Below the pieces are notes generated by a model. It was not told the DNA's origin and did not search any database. It saw only the letters and a list, made by a program, of their open reading frames with translations. 64,000 nucleotides of DNA from Octopus sinensis (taxonomy: Eukaryota). The DNA lies in NCBI RefSeq assembly GCF_006345805.1, contig NC_043000.1, forward strand, positions 116,994,001-117,058,000, written 5' to 3'. Positions 1-13,352 of this stretch are shown piece by piece. The translations under genes and the position numbers were made by a program. Each line of letters starts with the position of its first letter. The stretch's first letter is position 1.

Positions 1-75
1 TTATATATACATGTACATGTATATAATGAGGGCATGAGTGTATATACACAGACACTCTAATACTACGAGGTTCTA

Positions 76-108
<33 letters not shown>

Positions 109-113
<5 letters not shown>

Positions 114-322
114 CCTACAAGGGGCTAAACACAGAGGGACAAACAAGGACAGGCAAGCGGATTAAGTTCATTACATCGATCCCAGGGCGAAACTGGTACT
201 TTATTTATCGACCCCGAAAGGATGAAAGGCAAAGTCGACCTCGGCGGAATTTGAACTCAGAACGTAACGGCAGACGAAATACAGCCCAGCATTTCGCCCG
301 GCGTGCTAACGATTCTACCAGC

Positions 323-323
<1 letters not shown>
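109..323 (-). mobile_element. tRNA-derived SINE, family A (my label), 5' end eroded
   Basis: Minus strand shows B box gagttcaaattccgccgaggtcgactttgcctttcatcctttcggggtcgataaa and tail gtttgtcccctctgtgtttagccccttgtagg; many paralogues in window. Confidence 0.9.
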
Positions 324-324
<1 letters not shown>

Positions 325-354
<30 letters not shown>

Positions 355-433
355 TGTATGTATGCATGTATGTATGTATGCATGTATGCATGTATGTATG
401 CATGTATGTATGTATGTATGTATGTATGTATGT
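325..433. repeat. (TATG)n microsatellite
   Basis: Direct reading; source of the YVCM/TYIH pseudo-ORFs. Confidence 0.97.
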
Positions 434-460
434 ATACACACAAATACACACACACATATA

Positions 461-925
461 TACGGGAGAACCTCGCAGTACGAGTGCACCATTGTACGAG
501 TTATTTGCTGTACGAGCTGAGACTCGAATGAATTTTGGTCATACAAGCGACTGCTAGTCGGTACCGAGCTCGTACGCGCTCTCCCAACAAGCACAGCTTC
601 CGCTTGCTCAGATCACGTGTTTATCTCGTTGTCGTAGCATCCCTATTGTGTTTTTCCCAGTGTTTTTCTTTTTTAGTTTTGTGCGTTTTTTTTGTTGTTA
701 TTTTATAATAATAAGTTGTGTTGACCATGAGCCCTAAGAAGGTTAGTGCGAAGGACAGTGCTGAGAAGAAGAAAAAGCTGGTTACCATAGAATTCAAGAA
801 TGAAATCGTTGATAAACATGGAAGAGGAGTGCATGTATTATGCTTTTATAATCGTAATTTTCCTTGTAAAACGCCATAAATTATTTTGTGTGATTTTGCG
901 GGGCTGGAACGGATAAATTACTGCT
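461..925 (+). mobile_element. pogo/Tigger-like DNA transposon relic
   Basis: 727-838 translates MSPKKVSAKDSAEKKKKLVTIEFKNEIVDKHGRGVHV, resembling the Tigger/pogo transposase N-terminal HTH; TA-flanked terminus-like tacgggagaacctcg at 461. Confidence 0.65.
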
Positions 926-962
926 AATAATAAGCCACTGCTTTCTTCCCCCATATCGCCAT

Positions 963-3420
963 CTCAATCCTACTGTCAGAACCCCTAAAATATGACGTTA
1001 TTCACTACGTCACAGGCTCTGCACACGCAGTGACTGCATTTTCACACATTTATCTGATACCAGACACATGATGCAGACAAACACTACCACAGAAGGCCAA
1101 AGAACGTATCGCACAATAGCATCAACGGCAAACCACCAAGTAGTAAATTGACTGTTAAAACACGCATAAGTCGGAATCCCAAAATCTACGGGTGTTCCAA
1201 CTGCGAGAAACTATGTCTGCTTGCATGACTGTCCCTTCACTCATCTTTCAGGGACCCGACGCACTAATAGAAACGGGGCTCCAAGCTAACACACAATCCA
1301 CAGTAAAAACACCCCCTGCTGCTGTAATGCTGGTCCAGTCTTTTCACAAAGACACAAAAACATCATCAAAAGTCACAGCAAAAGCGGAAACGACAACCCT
1401 ATCCAACAATGCAACCACACCTCTAGTCAAAAGCTGCTCCCCTAACAAGAAAATTCTTTTTTTAGACATGTTGAGCCTTGCAAAAGAGATACAAATACCT
1501 TTTAGCCCTCACTCAACACCATCCTTTGCTATGACCTCAGTTCACTCCCATATTGCTGTCACTAACACAATCACAAAAAAGCCCCCTACAACAGTAAAAA
1601 CCTGCCACTACGCTAGCCTCCACATTTCTACACAATGCAGAAGGTATCGGCCTTTCCATCAATGTACATAAATGGAATATCCAATTCATTGAGGATTGGG
1701 TTGGTAACCATCTGCACCACATCCCTTTCTTCATTCATACTGAGATCCACCTTGGCAACTTTCACTTGGAAGCCAACGAGGAGAAAGTGAGGAATTACAC
1801 AACCATCCACCCTAATCGTGTCGACAGAAAAATGGGTGGAATTGCCATTTTTCTGCATGATTATTTTACGGCAGAGGCCACTGTGAATCAGTCACCGTGC
1901 ACAACAAACCCAATAACCTGATAGTAGTTGGGCTCTATAGGCTATCAAACACCCATACTATGTTTTAAGGAATGCCTCAACAGTATCAAGCGTTTATTCA
2001 AAAGTGCCATAGTAACATACTTATGATAGGAGACTTTAATCTACCCTGTGTGAGATACTGCAGAAACAATACTCATCTGCCTTCAGCAATTCCGATATGG
2101 CCGATCTGGGCTGTATCAGTGATGTCAACCCCCAACCCACTATATAGGACATAACGTTTGGTGCTCCCGATATCTTAGTGGCAATAAACGAAATTAAACG
2201 CAATTCAGCAGCAGACCCCGATAGGATCCCTGCTTGTGACCTGAAGATGTGTGGCCACCAACTTGCATCTCCTCTCGCTAATCTGTGGAGGAAGTCACTG
2301 GATGCTGACTTTAACCTTAAAAACTCTCTGTCCTAGTCTGTTGTCCCAGTTTTCAAAAAGCGAAACAAGTTCCTTACAGTGAACTACTGCGCGATCTCAC
2401 TCACCTCTCATATCATCAAGGTATTTGAGAGGGTGGTGAGATCACAAATAATCTACTATCTTGAAAGCAACCGACTACTGAACCCCAATCAACATGAGTT
2501 CCGTAATGGAAGGAACTGCCAAACTTAGTTCCTGTATCACTTTGATGACGTTTTGAGAGCTCTGGGAGAGGGCTGGAATACTGATGTCATCTACCTCGAT
2601 TTCAGCAAGACCTTTGACAGGGTTGATCATAAGATTCTCTTGAACAAACTATCCAACACTGGTGTCTCTGGAAAGTCACTACAATAGATCAAGTGTTTCC
2701 TGACAGGCAGAACCCAACACGTTGTAGTCGAAGGAGTAAAATCAAGTCCAGCCAAAGTCAGTAGTGGTGTTCCACAAGGCACTGTTTTAGGCCCACTTCT
2801 TTTCATCATCTATATCAATGACATTACTGACATCATCAAGCACAGTAACATAAGATTCTTTGCAGATGATTCCAAGCTCCAGAAGGTCATCAATGAAGTA
2901 GGTGGCCGGCCATGCCTTCTATCAGATCTACTGGCTCTTATCCAATGGCTGTAAAAGAACAATATGCCGCTGAACGAGGACAAATTTGAGTTAATCCACT
3001 TTGGAAAAGGGGATAACCTGAAACTCCCATACTCCATTCCTACAGGTGACTCTCCCGTGACATCCAGCAACATCAGAAACTTGGTGGGGGTATTTGTAGA
3101 CAACAATATAAGCTGGGTTACTCACACAAACAGCAGAGTCGATATGGCTCACAGAATGTGCTCCTGGATTCTCGGAACTTTCCAGTTGAGAGATATCCAC
3201 ACCATTATCCTTCTAACCTCCACTGTTGCCCGACCCCCACCTTGGATACTGTTGTCCATGTGGTCTCCTCGTACGAAACAAAGCATCATGATAAGTGAAG
3301 CACCCAAAGATAAATTACAAATGAAGATAGATGACATGACAGGTCTTGACTACTGGTGTCGACCCAGGTGGTGCTATTAGCCTGGGCTAATACTGGCCGA
3401 AACCTATCAAAGCATCAAAG
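963..3420 (+). mobile_element. Decayed CR1-group non-LTR retrotransposon (APE + RT), many stops and frameshifts
   Basis: Motifs TEIHL..NRVDRKMGGIAIFL, MIGDFNLP, ISLTSHIIKVFERVV, DVIYLDFSKTFDRVDH, SGVPQGTVLGPLLFIIYINDI, FADDSKL across shifting frames; 5' boundary uncertain. Confidence 0.9.
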
Positions 3421-3625
3421 TATCATACATAGGTACGTACGTACACATACACACACACACACACATATTTCTTATGCAACAAATGACTTAACTGTCCGGA
3501 ACTTCGAAGTTACCCCCAACAACATTCTTGTATAAGAACAACGAATATGTACTTTACTAAATTATAGAGTAACCCATCAGATTAATGTAAAGTTGTTTTT
3601 ACTATAACTTATAAGAACAAACATT

Positions 3626-3663
<38 letters not shown>

Positions 3664-4649
3664 AGTATGTATGTATGTATTATGTATGTATGTATGTGCT
3701 TCCATAAGCTTTTGTAGTATTTTTATAAGCTTCCCTGTGTGTGTCCGTGTGTGAAAGTATGTATATGCATAAATCAATGTTAAAGAGCGTGGGAGTGCTA
3801 TAGCGGGTGCGTGTGTGCATGTGATTGTATGTGTGTGTATGTATGTCTGTGTGTCTTCGTACTCTTGTATATACATTTATTACATACGAACAGGCAAGCT
3901 TTGATAACTTTCTAAAGATGTCTATAATATAATCACATATATAAATGTTTTTATTCTATTCGCAAATTATTTCTTAACCGTCCCCAGTCCCTTCAGATGA
4001 CGCTCCTCGAAAAGAAACCTAATTCAATATATCTTATTTGATATACAGAATCCTTTACAATACAAGATATATATTTTCCATTGCTGCTACCAAGTCCTTT
4101 GAATCTATTCATTCACATCGTAGACGAATACGATCTCACTGGAGCAACAGCACAATGCAATAAGTGAATTGTGTTGTGTGCATGATACATTAATAACTCT
4201 TTTGGTTATACTAATATATATTTTGCAAATGTTAATAGGAAAAAGCTTGGGATCTTGTGAAATTGTAGGCTGGACCACACTAATCTTAAAATAAATTTAA
4301 ACTTCGCAGGAAAGCGATGCCTCGTTCTTCATTATTACATAATTGCATGGCAATGTATTGGCAGAAACAATGTCTTATTCATCATGTTTTTGAATTCAAA
4401 TCCCGCTGAAATCAAGATTGCTTTACATCCCACTGGAGCCAAAAAAATGTATTGTGCACATACAAAGGACATCACACAGAAAAAAAAACTTTGTCTACAT
4501 GCCGTCTCTCTCTCTCCCTCTCACTCAGTGTCAGTCTGTATGTCTCTTTCTGTCTGTCTATCTCTCTTTTGCTCTTCTCTCTCATTCTCTCTCTCTGTCT
4601 TTCTCCCTCTTTTCTGCTGTATCCTAATCTTCAGATATACACTTAAAAT

Positions 4650-4887
4650 ACCTATTTCTTTACTACCCACAAGGGGGAGAAACACAGAGGGGAAAAACAA
4701 GGACAGACAAACGGATTAAGTCGATTACATCGACTCCAGTGCGTAACTGGTACTTAATTTATCGACCCAGAAATGATGAAAGGCAAAGTCGACTTCGGCG
4801 GAATTTGAACTCAGAACGTGGCGACAGACGAAATACTGCTAAGCATTTCGCCCGGCGTGCTAACGTGTCTGCCAGCTCGCCGCTTTA
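4650..4887 (-). mobile_element. Family A SINE, full length, 15-bp TSD
   Basis: atatacacttaaaat duplicated at 4635-4649 and 4888-4902; A-box and B-box head. Confidence 0.95.
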
Positions 4888-5159
4888 ATATACACTTAAA
4901 ATGCCTTCAGCTTGAAAGAATAGTTGCACACACTAACAATCACACCCTGAATACTTTGCGTCTGCGTTTTGTTTTATTCAGTACGAAGCTGTTGAGTATT
5001 TCGCGGCCCATTAAATCGAAACTGTTGCTAATATAGAAGGTTGTTAGAAACGGACGTAAAGCTTATGTTTGTCGTTATTGTTTGATGGTTCTTAGCAGTG
5101 TAATAGTTGAGTGTAGTGGCGTAGACATCGGTTACGATCAGGAGATGGACAGTTATAAG

Positions 5160-5313
5160 TTTACATTATTTACATTATTTACATTCGACGGATATTTGTC
5201 CTCATCTTGTTTCTTGTTAACACAACAAACAAGATTATATACTCTCCAGCCTTCTTCAGGTGTCTTGGGGAAATTTCGAACCTGAGTTCTCATTTCTAAG
5301 GTATTTATCGATG
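5160..5313 (-). mobile_element. Short repeat with (aatgtaaat)n tail and broken hammerhead motif (Penelope pLTR-like)
   Basis: Three tttacatta units at 5160-5185; CTGAAGA half-core at 5253-5259 (-); classification is inference. Confidence 0.55.
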
Positions 5314-5359
5314 TCTCTCTCACTGTTGCACTTGCTTTCACTTTCTCTGTCACACTACA

Positions 5360-5408
<49 letters not shown>

Positions 5409-5967
5409 CTCACTCTTTCACTTTCTGTGTCTCTCTCATTGTTTTTCTATCTGTCACTGTCTCTCTCTCTCTCGCTCACTTACACACTCTCTCACTCACA
5501 CCGTCTCTCGCTCTGCTATATTCACAAAACTTGTTACATTCGCTGACAACAAGGATTTATCTAAAGACATAAGCAAAGTCTCCAAATTGCATAAGATTTA
5601 AAAAATGACTAAGTAGACAACCACAGGTTACACTCCACTTTCATTAAATAACAATCTCTTCCCAATCCATGAAAACGTAGACGATGCTTTGCAAAATGCA
5701 GTCATCTTACACACTTTTCTCTCTCTCTGCATTAATGATACGTAAGCTGCTTAACTAACGGCCTATATGCCGTGTCGTAGTATAAAATTTTCCTAAGTCG
5801 ATATTATTATAAACCTAGACTTGTAAGGCAGTGATCTTTTATGATATTGAACATAGATCACAAGACCACGTTAGCACGGTCATAACACGATCCGTGCATG
5901 GTAATTTATAAAGGATAAGCATTTATATGTATGCGTGTTTGTATGTATGTATGCATGTATGTATGTT

Positions 5968-6264
5968 GGCATTCGGCTCACGATTGTAAAGTCGTGAGTT
6001 CAATTCTCGGCGACACGTTGTGTCCTTGAGCAAGACACTTTATTTCACGTTGCTCCAGTCCACTCAGCTGGCAAAAATGAGTTGTACCTGTATTTCAAAG
6101 GGCCGGCCTTGTCACACTCTGTGTCACCCTGAATCTCCCAGAGAACTACGTTGGGGGTACACGTGGCTGTGGAGTGCTCAGCCACTTGCACGTTAATTTC
6201 ACGAGCAAGCTGTTCCGTTGATCGTATCAGCTGGGACTCTCGTCGTCGTAACCGACGGAGTGCT
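5968..6264 (+). mobile_element. SINE: C head (CORE-like) + C tail
   Basis: gtgtccttgagcaagacactttatttcacgttgctccagtccactcagc followed by tail ending gtcgtaaccgacggagtgct; paralogues at 24994 and 30564. Confidence 0.9.
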
Positions 6265-6265
<1 letters not shown>

Positions 6266-6297
<32 letters not shown>

Positions 6298-6401
6298 GTA
6301 TGTATGTATGTATGTATGTATGTATGTATGTATGTATGTATGTATGTATGTATGTATGTATGTATGTATGTATGTACGTACGTACGTACGTACGTACGTA
6401 C
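6266..6401. repeat. Compound microsatellite (TATC)n-(TATG)n-(TACG)n
   Basis: Direct reading. Confidence 0.97.
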
Positions 6402-6419
6402 GCCCGCATATATATAAAT

Positions 6420-6727
6420 CATTGTGATCACCGTAAGTGACCAGGCTTTCAGATGTTGCTACACATCGCTGGTCACAATGCTTCGCATTGTTTTAGCCTT
6501 CAAATGACGCCACCCCGCTGGCTAAGCGAGCAGGCAAACAGAAGAAAGAGTGAGAGAAAGTTGTGGCGAAAGAGTACAGCAGGGACCGCCACCACTCCCT
6601 GCCAGAACCTCGTGGAGCTTTAGATGTTTTCGCTCAATAAACACTCACAACACCCGGTCTGGGAATCGAAACCTCGATCTTACGACCGCGAGTCCGCTGC
6701 CCTAACCACTGGGCCATTGTGCCTCCA
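6420..6727 (-). mobile_element. SINE: D head + distinct E tail
   Basis: tRNA-like head ggaggcacaatggcccagtggttagggcagcgg...gtttcgattccc shared with 36578, 39269, 53222; tail 6420-6535 is unlike the others. Confidence 0.85.
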
Positions 6728-7609
6728 ATCTATATATATAAATATCTATACAAATATACATAGATATATAAATTACCATAAAAATATAAGCTTATATAAA
6801 TCATCTCTTATAAATGCATGGGATATATACACGCAAGCATGCGGACATGCGCGTATGCGTGCCTGCATCAGATAATATGGTTATTCAAAGTGCTTCTATT
6901 AGTAATCATTCACTGGACTTTTGATATTTCTTCTTCATCTGACACAGAGACATATAAACATACATACATAAGTGCATTTTCAAATTTATATTTATACAAA
7001 CGAGTCTGGACACATGCATTCGAAAACACACACACACGCCTCTCTCTCTCTCTCTCTCACTATATATATATATATATATATTCCCAAAATGCCAACATCT
7101 CTTGGAACTAAGAAATACGTCTCTTCTTCTGCCGTTTGGCCTAACGAGTTTATTGTTGAACATGGTTTGATTTGGCAAACATGGAGTAATTAAATGTTAG
7201 ACCGTACAAGTATGACTCTCTCCTCTTCTCCTGTGATATACCTGATATTGACAGTGGTTTGTGATTTCAAAGTAAACTCTTAAAGTATGAAATCTCCAGG
7301 GGACTTTATGTCCTGATCTGCGAATTTCCTCTCCGTAAGATAAATAGGGGGAAAATAATAAAAAACATATATATCTCGTTATATATGTTATCGTAATGAA
7401 GACGTTGTAAACAGATATCTGAAATTGAACTTTTGTTCACGGTTGCACTAGTAGAGATTTTTATGTTAACGCAAACATACGTAAATGTTGCTAGCTGTCA
7501 TGATGAAGAAGTAAAAATAATTTCAAATGGAAAAAAAAAATGAATGTGTCACAGAAAGAAACGCCGTATTTGTGAGTTCAAAACTAACTTTCGGTTCTTG
7601 TTGAAGCAC

Positions 7610-8025
7610 TTTACTCTTTACTCTTTTACTCTTTTACTTGTTTCAGTCATTTGACCGCGGCCATGCTGGAGCATCGCCTTTAGTCGAGCAAATCGACCCC
7701 GGGATTTATTCTTTGTAAGCCCAGTACTTATTCTATCGGTCTCTTTCGCCGAACCGCTAAGTAACGGGGACGTAAACACACCAGCATCGGTTGTCAACCA
7801 ATGCTAGGGGGACAAACACAAACACACAAACATATACACACACATACATATATATATATACATATATACGGCAGGCTTCTTTCAGTTTCCGTCTAACAAA
7901 TCCACTCACAAGGCATTGGTCGGCCCGGGGCTATAGTAGAAGACACTTGCACAAGATGCCACGCAGTGGGACTGAACCCGGAACCATGTGGTTGGCAAGC
8001 AAGCTACTTACCATACACCCACTCC
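7610..8025 (-). mobile_element. Family B SINE (tRNA head, CORE-like domain, internal microsatellite, gagtaaaa tail)
   Basis: Matches the other B copies along the whole length. Confidence 0.92.
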
Positions 8026-8062
8026 ATTATTTGAAGAACTTTATTAGCATAGTAGACAAATC

Positions 8063-8471
8063 GGATCTTTTCGGTTTGAACGGCAGCTTTTAACATAATT
8101 TCTAGGTAACTAAAAACTTTTAAACTTCGTATAATGGTAGAATGTGTTTATAAATCATCGTTTTCCCTTGGCTTTATTGAGAAAATTCTATAGTTTGTAA
8201 GATATTTGTTGTTTTTTCTTCAATTTCTGCAATTTCAACCAATCACTGACGTCTATTGAGGGAAAAAAAACACATGTGCCGTATGAATATGTCCCTCGTT
8301 TAAGAAACAGATTGGGTTTATTTACATTTCTAAAGAAAAAAAATATACCATTGCCCCACCCCTAACCCTAACCCTAAAACAGATTGAAATGCAATAGATC
8401 GATACTAGGGTCATAATTATGGGTGACAATTTCATATGACACCGCTAGAAAAAACTGCCGTTCAAAGATCC
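8063..8471. mobile_element. MITE (GGATC-terminus family), right TIR with small deletion
   Basis: Aligns by eye to the complete copy at 24019-24452; degenerate TSD gacaaatc/tacaattc. Confidence 0.85.
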
Positions 8472-8832
8472 TACAATTCTCCTGCAAACCTTACAAGCAA
8501 CATGGTTTTTATATAGTTTTACTCATGTCTAATGAGTCCTCATTACCCTACAAGAACTAAATTTTTACCGTATTGGTGAATTTTATAAGATTTTTAAAAT
8601 CTTCACAGACTTGGATTATTTTTATCGCATTCTGAAAAAAATTTTTTTTATATATGCACATGCTGATATAGGACCTACGATGGACTCCATATTCACATAA
8701 TCACCGAACCTGGAGCTTAATTATGGTCTGTCCATAGTACGTAGTCAGCATTACCTGACACCTTTGGGTTTTATTGACACCATCACCCCTCATAACTATA
8801 TTATATATATATATAATATATATATATATATA

Positions 8833-8952
8833 TTCCTGTGTTTTTTGTATCGTCTTCTAAATATTTTGCGTTCTTGTCCCAGTTTGTATTTTTCTACATA
8901 TAATAATAATATATATATATATATATATACATATGTATGTATATGCATTTAC

Positions 8953-8985
<33 letters not shown>

Positions 8986-10041
8986 TGTCTTCTAAGTGTT
9001 TTGCGTTCTTGTCTCAGTTTGTATTTTTCTACATATAATAATAATATATTTGGCAGCGTCCGTACCCCCTTGACACTTAGGTGAGCACATATTCCTGTAA
9101 ATTTGGTACGACTCTATATACTGTCTCTCTCTCCTACATTTCTCTGCCTTTCACACTTTGCATTCTACTTTGATCTGTCCCCTTCTCTCTCTCTCTCTCT
9201 CTCTACTTCTCCCCCTTTTCTCTTTTCTTGCCTCTGATTCTTTGGTCTACTCTTCCCCCACTCTTACATTTCTCTGTCTTTCTTACTTTGCACTCACAAG
9301 TCATTCTTTGACACCCACTCCTTCTCCCCTCTCTAATTCCTTCTTTCTCTCTCTTCTCTCCCCTTTGTTGCCTTCGTCCCTTTTTCTCTCTCTCTCTCTC
9401 TCTTTGTTTCCTTTGCCTCCTTTCTTTTCTCTTTCTTCTGTCACGTGACCGCTGGTCAAAATCAGCCTTTTGGCCTTCGACCACCGCCGTGAGAACATCT
9501 GTTGTCTTCGTCTGCCGATAAAGGCTTTTTTACCAAAATACGCCAGTTAAACTTGTACTGTTATTAGTCGTAAGACACCTGCTGTTTTCGTCCTGTTTTT
9601 ACCATTATTGCTTTTTGTATTTCATTTTTGTTTTTTGTATTTCATTATTGTTTTTTGTATTTTATATTCGTGTGGCGTCGTCCGTTTTTCTGTCCCTATT
9701 TCGTATACATTCGATCCTTCTTCCAAGAAATCTAATGCTCGTAGCTTCGTTTTTCTAATGCTCGTAGCTTCGTTTTTCTAATGCTCGTAGCTTCGTTTTT
9801 CTAATGCTCGTAGCTTCGTTTTTCTAATGCTCGTAGCTTAGTTTTTCTAATGCTCGTAGCTTAGTTTTTCCTGGGGGCTGGCCGGATCGGAGTGATCTCA
9901 AGATTAATCAGCCGAAATTGCTACGATGATCCGGTTCTTGACTGAAGATTGAAGGCTTCGAATGTCCCGTCCGTGTTTTTGTATCGTCTTCTAAGTGTTT
10001 TGCGTTCTTGTCCCAGTTTGTATTTTTCTACATATAATAAT

Positions 10042-10089
<48 letters not shown>

Positions 10090-10104
10090 GTATGTATATG
10101 CATT

Positions 10105-10110
<6 letters not shown>
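8833..10110 (+). mobile_element. Unclassified repeat in partial-tandem arrangement (Penelope-like layout)
   Basis: Tail gtcttctaa...gcgttcttgtcccagtttgtatttttctacatataataat occurs at ~8850-8910, ~8986-9045 and ~9985-10045. Confidence 0.55.
9732..9869 (+). repeat. 23-bp minisatellite, 6 units
   Basis: ctaatgctcgtagctt(c/a)gttttt starting at 9732, 9755, 9778, 9801, 9824, 9847. Confidence 0.98.
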
Positions 10111-10155
<45 letters not shown>

Positions 10156-10326
10156 ATCAGGTGGTGCTATTAAGTTAGACATGGCCTGGACCAATCTTTG
10201 GTCGAAACATATCTAAGTTTATCTAAGTTTATATATATATATCAAGAATCTTGCAAAACAAATATATAAACGTATATATATATATATATACATACACACA
10301 CATATATATTCTGTAATATATAGTTG

Positions 10327-10469
10327 CAAGAGTGGCTGTGTGGTTGTTAGCTTGCTCAGCAGTCACAGTGTTCTAAATTCACTTGGGCAAGTGTCTTCTA
10401 CTATAGCCTCGGGCCGACCAAAGCCATGAGAGTGGATTTGGTAGACGGAAATGAAAGTAACCCACCGTA
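10327..10469 (+). mobile_element. Family B SINE 5' half
   Basis: gagtggctgtgtgg...ttgggcaagtgtcttctactatagcctcgggccgaccaaagcc. Confidence 0.85.
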
Positions 10470-10531
10470 AATATATACATGTGTATGTGTGAGTACACAC
10501 CACACACATATATAATTATATATATTATATA

Positions 10532-10589
<58 letters not shown>

Positions 10590-10895
10590 GTATGTATGTA
10601 TGTATGTATATATATATATGTATGTATGTATGTATATATATATATGTATGTATGTATGTATATATATATTATATGTATGTATGTATATATATATATATGT
10701 ATGTATGTATATATATATATATATGTATGTATGTATATATATATATATGCATACATACATGTGTATATATGTATGTATATATACGTGTGTGTGTGTGTAT
10801 ATGTATATATATATTATATATATATATATAATATATATATATATATACATATGTATATATATGTATGTATGTATGTATGTATATATGCATACGTA
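10470..10895. repeat. ~425-bp compound (TA)n/(TATG)n microsatellite
   Basis: Direct reading; begins at the internal microsatellite site of the B SINE. Confidence 0.95.
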
Positions 10896-11412
10896 CATTT
10901 TGTATAGAATACTCGTTACTCTACTTCATGCATATTATTATTATGAAACCAAGCTCTGAAAAATAGATTCAAATTTAGTCGCGAGACCAGCGATTCCAGT
11001 GGACAGGGAGAATTGCATACATCAACCCCTGTACTTGTCTACTCCTTTATTCTATGGCCCCCGAAAGGATGAAAGGAAAACTTAATCGCAGCGAAATTTG
11101 AACTCAGAACATAGAGAACTGTAAACTGGGAGAAATATTTCTAAGTATTTGATCCGACCCTCATTGCATATTTTGAATAATTACACCTATTTTTATAGAA
11201 ACAGCACACACACACACTCACACGCACGCACGTACGTATATAAGCACATACACTCTCAAACATTGTTATACACACGCATACACACTCACACACACACGCA
11301 TACATATATACTATATATTTGATGCTTTTTGCGATCCTGTATGTACATTGTCATCAAAGCATGAATGCATGGTTTGAATAATAATAGCTAATTTGTAGAC
11401 AAATGAAATTCC

Positions 11413-11419
<7 letters not shown>

Positions 11420-11457
<38 letters not shown>

Positions 11458-11480
11458 CACATACACACAGATATATATAT

Positions 11481-11512
<32 letters not shown>

Positions 11513-11546
11513 ATATATATATATATATACATACACATACACACAG

Positions 11547-11630
<84 letters not shown>
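11420..11630. repeat. (TA)n-rich microsatellite with internal duplication
   Basis: acatacacatacacacagatatatat block appears twice. Confidence 0.9.
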
Positions 11631-12144
11631 ATTAGGTTCCTGGCGCGTTGCCTTCGGCTAAAATACTAACACCATATCAGAAAAAAATGGATAAAAATAA
11701 AAACTTAACGTACTTCGTAGAAAAAAACAAAAGACTAAAATATGTGTTGGTATCGATATGTGTTGGTTTGACTAATATACTTTGAGAAAGTATACCAGCG
11801 TCATTACACTTCAATAAATGATATCAGTAAAATATAAAAGTATAATGCATGTTATATTAGAGTTGAGAGCTTTAGATTGGCATACAGGGTAGAGAGCATA
11901 ACGAAAATATCTTTATTTAATTCTAGCAATTCCGTCACAGTTCAATTCCCGTTTGGTTTCAATTTGCTTTTTATCTTGCTGGGATTGAAAAAATACGTGC
12001 TAGAAATCGATGATTATAAACTAAATCATCGACTAAAATCTATTCTTATAAACTACACTCGTTTCCCTAATTAAATGGCCAATGGATGGGTGTAGATTTT
12101 AGAAATAGTTTTCTCGGTTTTTGACACAGTGAAAAACTGAAATA

Positions 12145-12968
12145 GGATATTTTCGGTTTGAACGGTAGTTTTTTAAAATAATTTCCACGTAACTAAACAC
12201 TTTTAAACTTCGTATACTGGTAGAATGTGTTTATAAAACATCGTTTTCTCTTGGCTTTACTCTCTTACTCTCTTACTTGTTTCAGTCATTTGACTGCGGC
12301 CATGCTGGAGCACCGCCTTTAGTCGAGCAAATCGACCCTGGGACTTATTCTTTTGTAAGCCCAGTACTTATTCTATCGGTCTCTTTTGCCGAACCGCTAA
12401 GTGACGGGGACGTAAACATACCAGCATCGGTTGTCAAGCAATGCTATAGGGACAAACACAGACACAAAAACATATACACACACATACATACATATATATA
12501 CATATATACGACAGGCTTCTTTCAGTTTCCGTCTACCAAATCCACTCACAAGGCTTTGGTCGGCCCGAGGCTATAGCAGAAGACACTTGCCCAAGATGCC
12601 ACGCAGTGGGACTGAACCCGGAACCATGTGGTTGGTTAGCAAGCTACTTACCACACAGCCACTCCTGCGCCTATGGCTTTATTGAGAAAATTCTATAGTT
12701 TGTAAGATATTTGTTGTTTTTTTTCTTCAATTTCTGCAATTTCAACCAATCAACGGACGTCTATTCAGGTGAAAACATTCTGTGCCGTGTGAATATGTCC
12801 CTCGTTTAAGAAACACAGTGGGTTTATTTACATTTCTGAAGAAAAAGATACCCTTCACTCCACCACTAACCCAAACCTTAACCCTAACTAACCCTAAACC
12901 TAAAACAGATTGAAATGCAATAGATCGATACTAGGGTCATAATTATGGGTGACAATTTCATATGACAC
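12145..12968. mobile_element. MITE (GGATC family), interrupted by a B SINE, right end truncated
   Basis: Matches 24019-24452 once 12260-12681 is removed. Confidence 0.85.
12260..12673 (-). mobile_element. Family B SINE inserted into the MITE
   Basis: tggcttta duplicated at 12252-12259 and 12674-12681. Confidence 0.93.
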
Positions 12969-13202
12969 CTCATTTAGACTGAAATTTACTCGAAAATACA
13001 ATATATTCATTAAATTAAATTTATGTGCTGTTCAAATATATTTGGGACATATTTGACCAGTACAAAAGCCATTTCCACTGCTTTTTGCCGTGGATAAAAA
13101 AAAAAAATTCTGTTTAGACAAAAGGTCGTAAAACAGTATGGCCTGGTAGATGCATTTCTAGCTTTTTGAAATACATAAAATGTCACCTCTCTCGGAGCAA
13201 AG

Positions 13203-13352
13203 TTTTCTGGGGTGGGAGTTAAGTCGAATATATGAACCCCAGTGCACAACTGGTACATTTTTATCGACTCCGATATGATGAAAGGCAAAGTCCACCTTGG
13301 CAGCATTTAATCCCAGAATTTAAAGAAGGACAAAATGCCGCTAAGTATTTTG
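13203..13352 (-). mobile_element. Family A SINE, 3' part; its 5' part lies at 15268-15310
   Basis: Joining across the foldback insertion restores ccgctaagtattttgttcggcacagtaacgattctgc. Confidence 0.9.

Noticed and set aside
9512-9546. Degenerate hammerhead-like string CTG-CCGATAA-A-GG..CC-AAAA-TACGC-CAG on the plus strand
   Set aside because: Four core positions deviate and stem II has only 2 bp; cannot be supported without a consensus
9732-9869. Regular 23-bp repeats resembling a CRISPR array
   Set aside because: Units are directly adjacent with no spacers and the context is eukaryotic; it is a minisatellite
9870-9960. GGCTG...CAGCC-GAAA and a separate CTGAAGA
   Set aside because: The parts are not in a valid hammerhead order with matching stems
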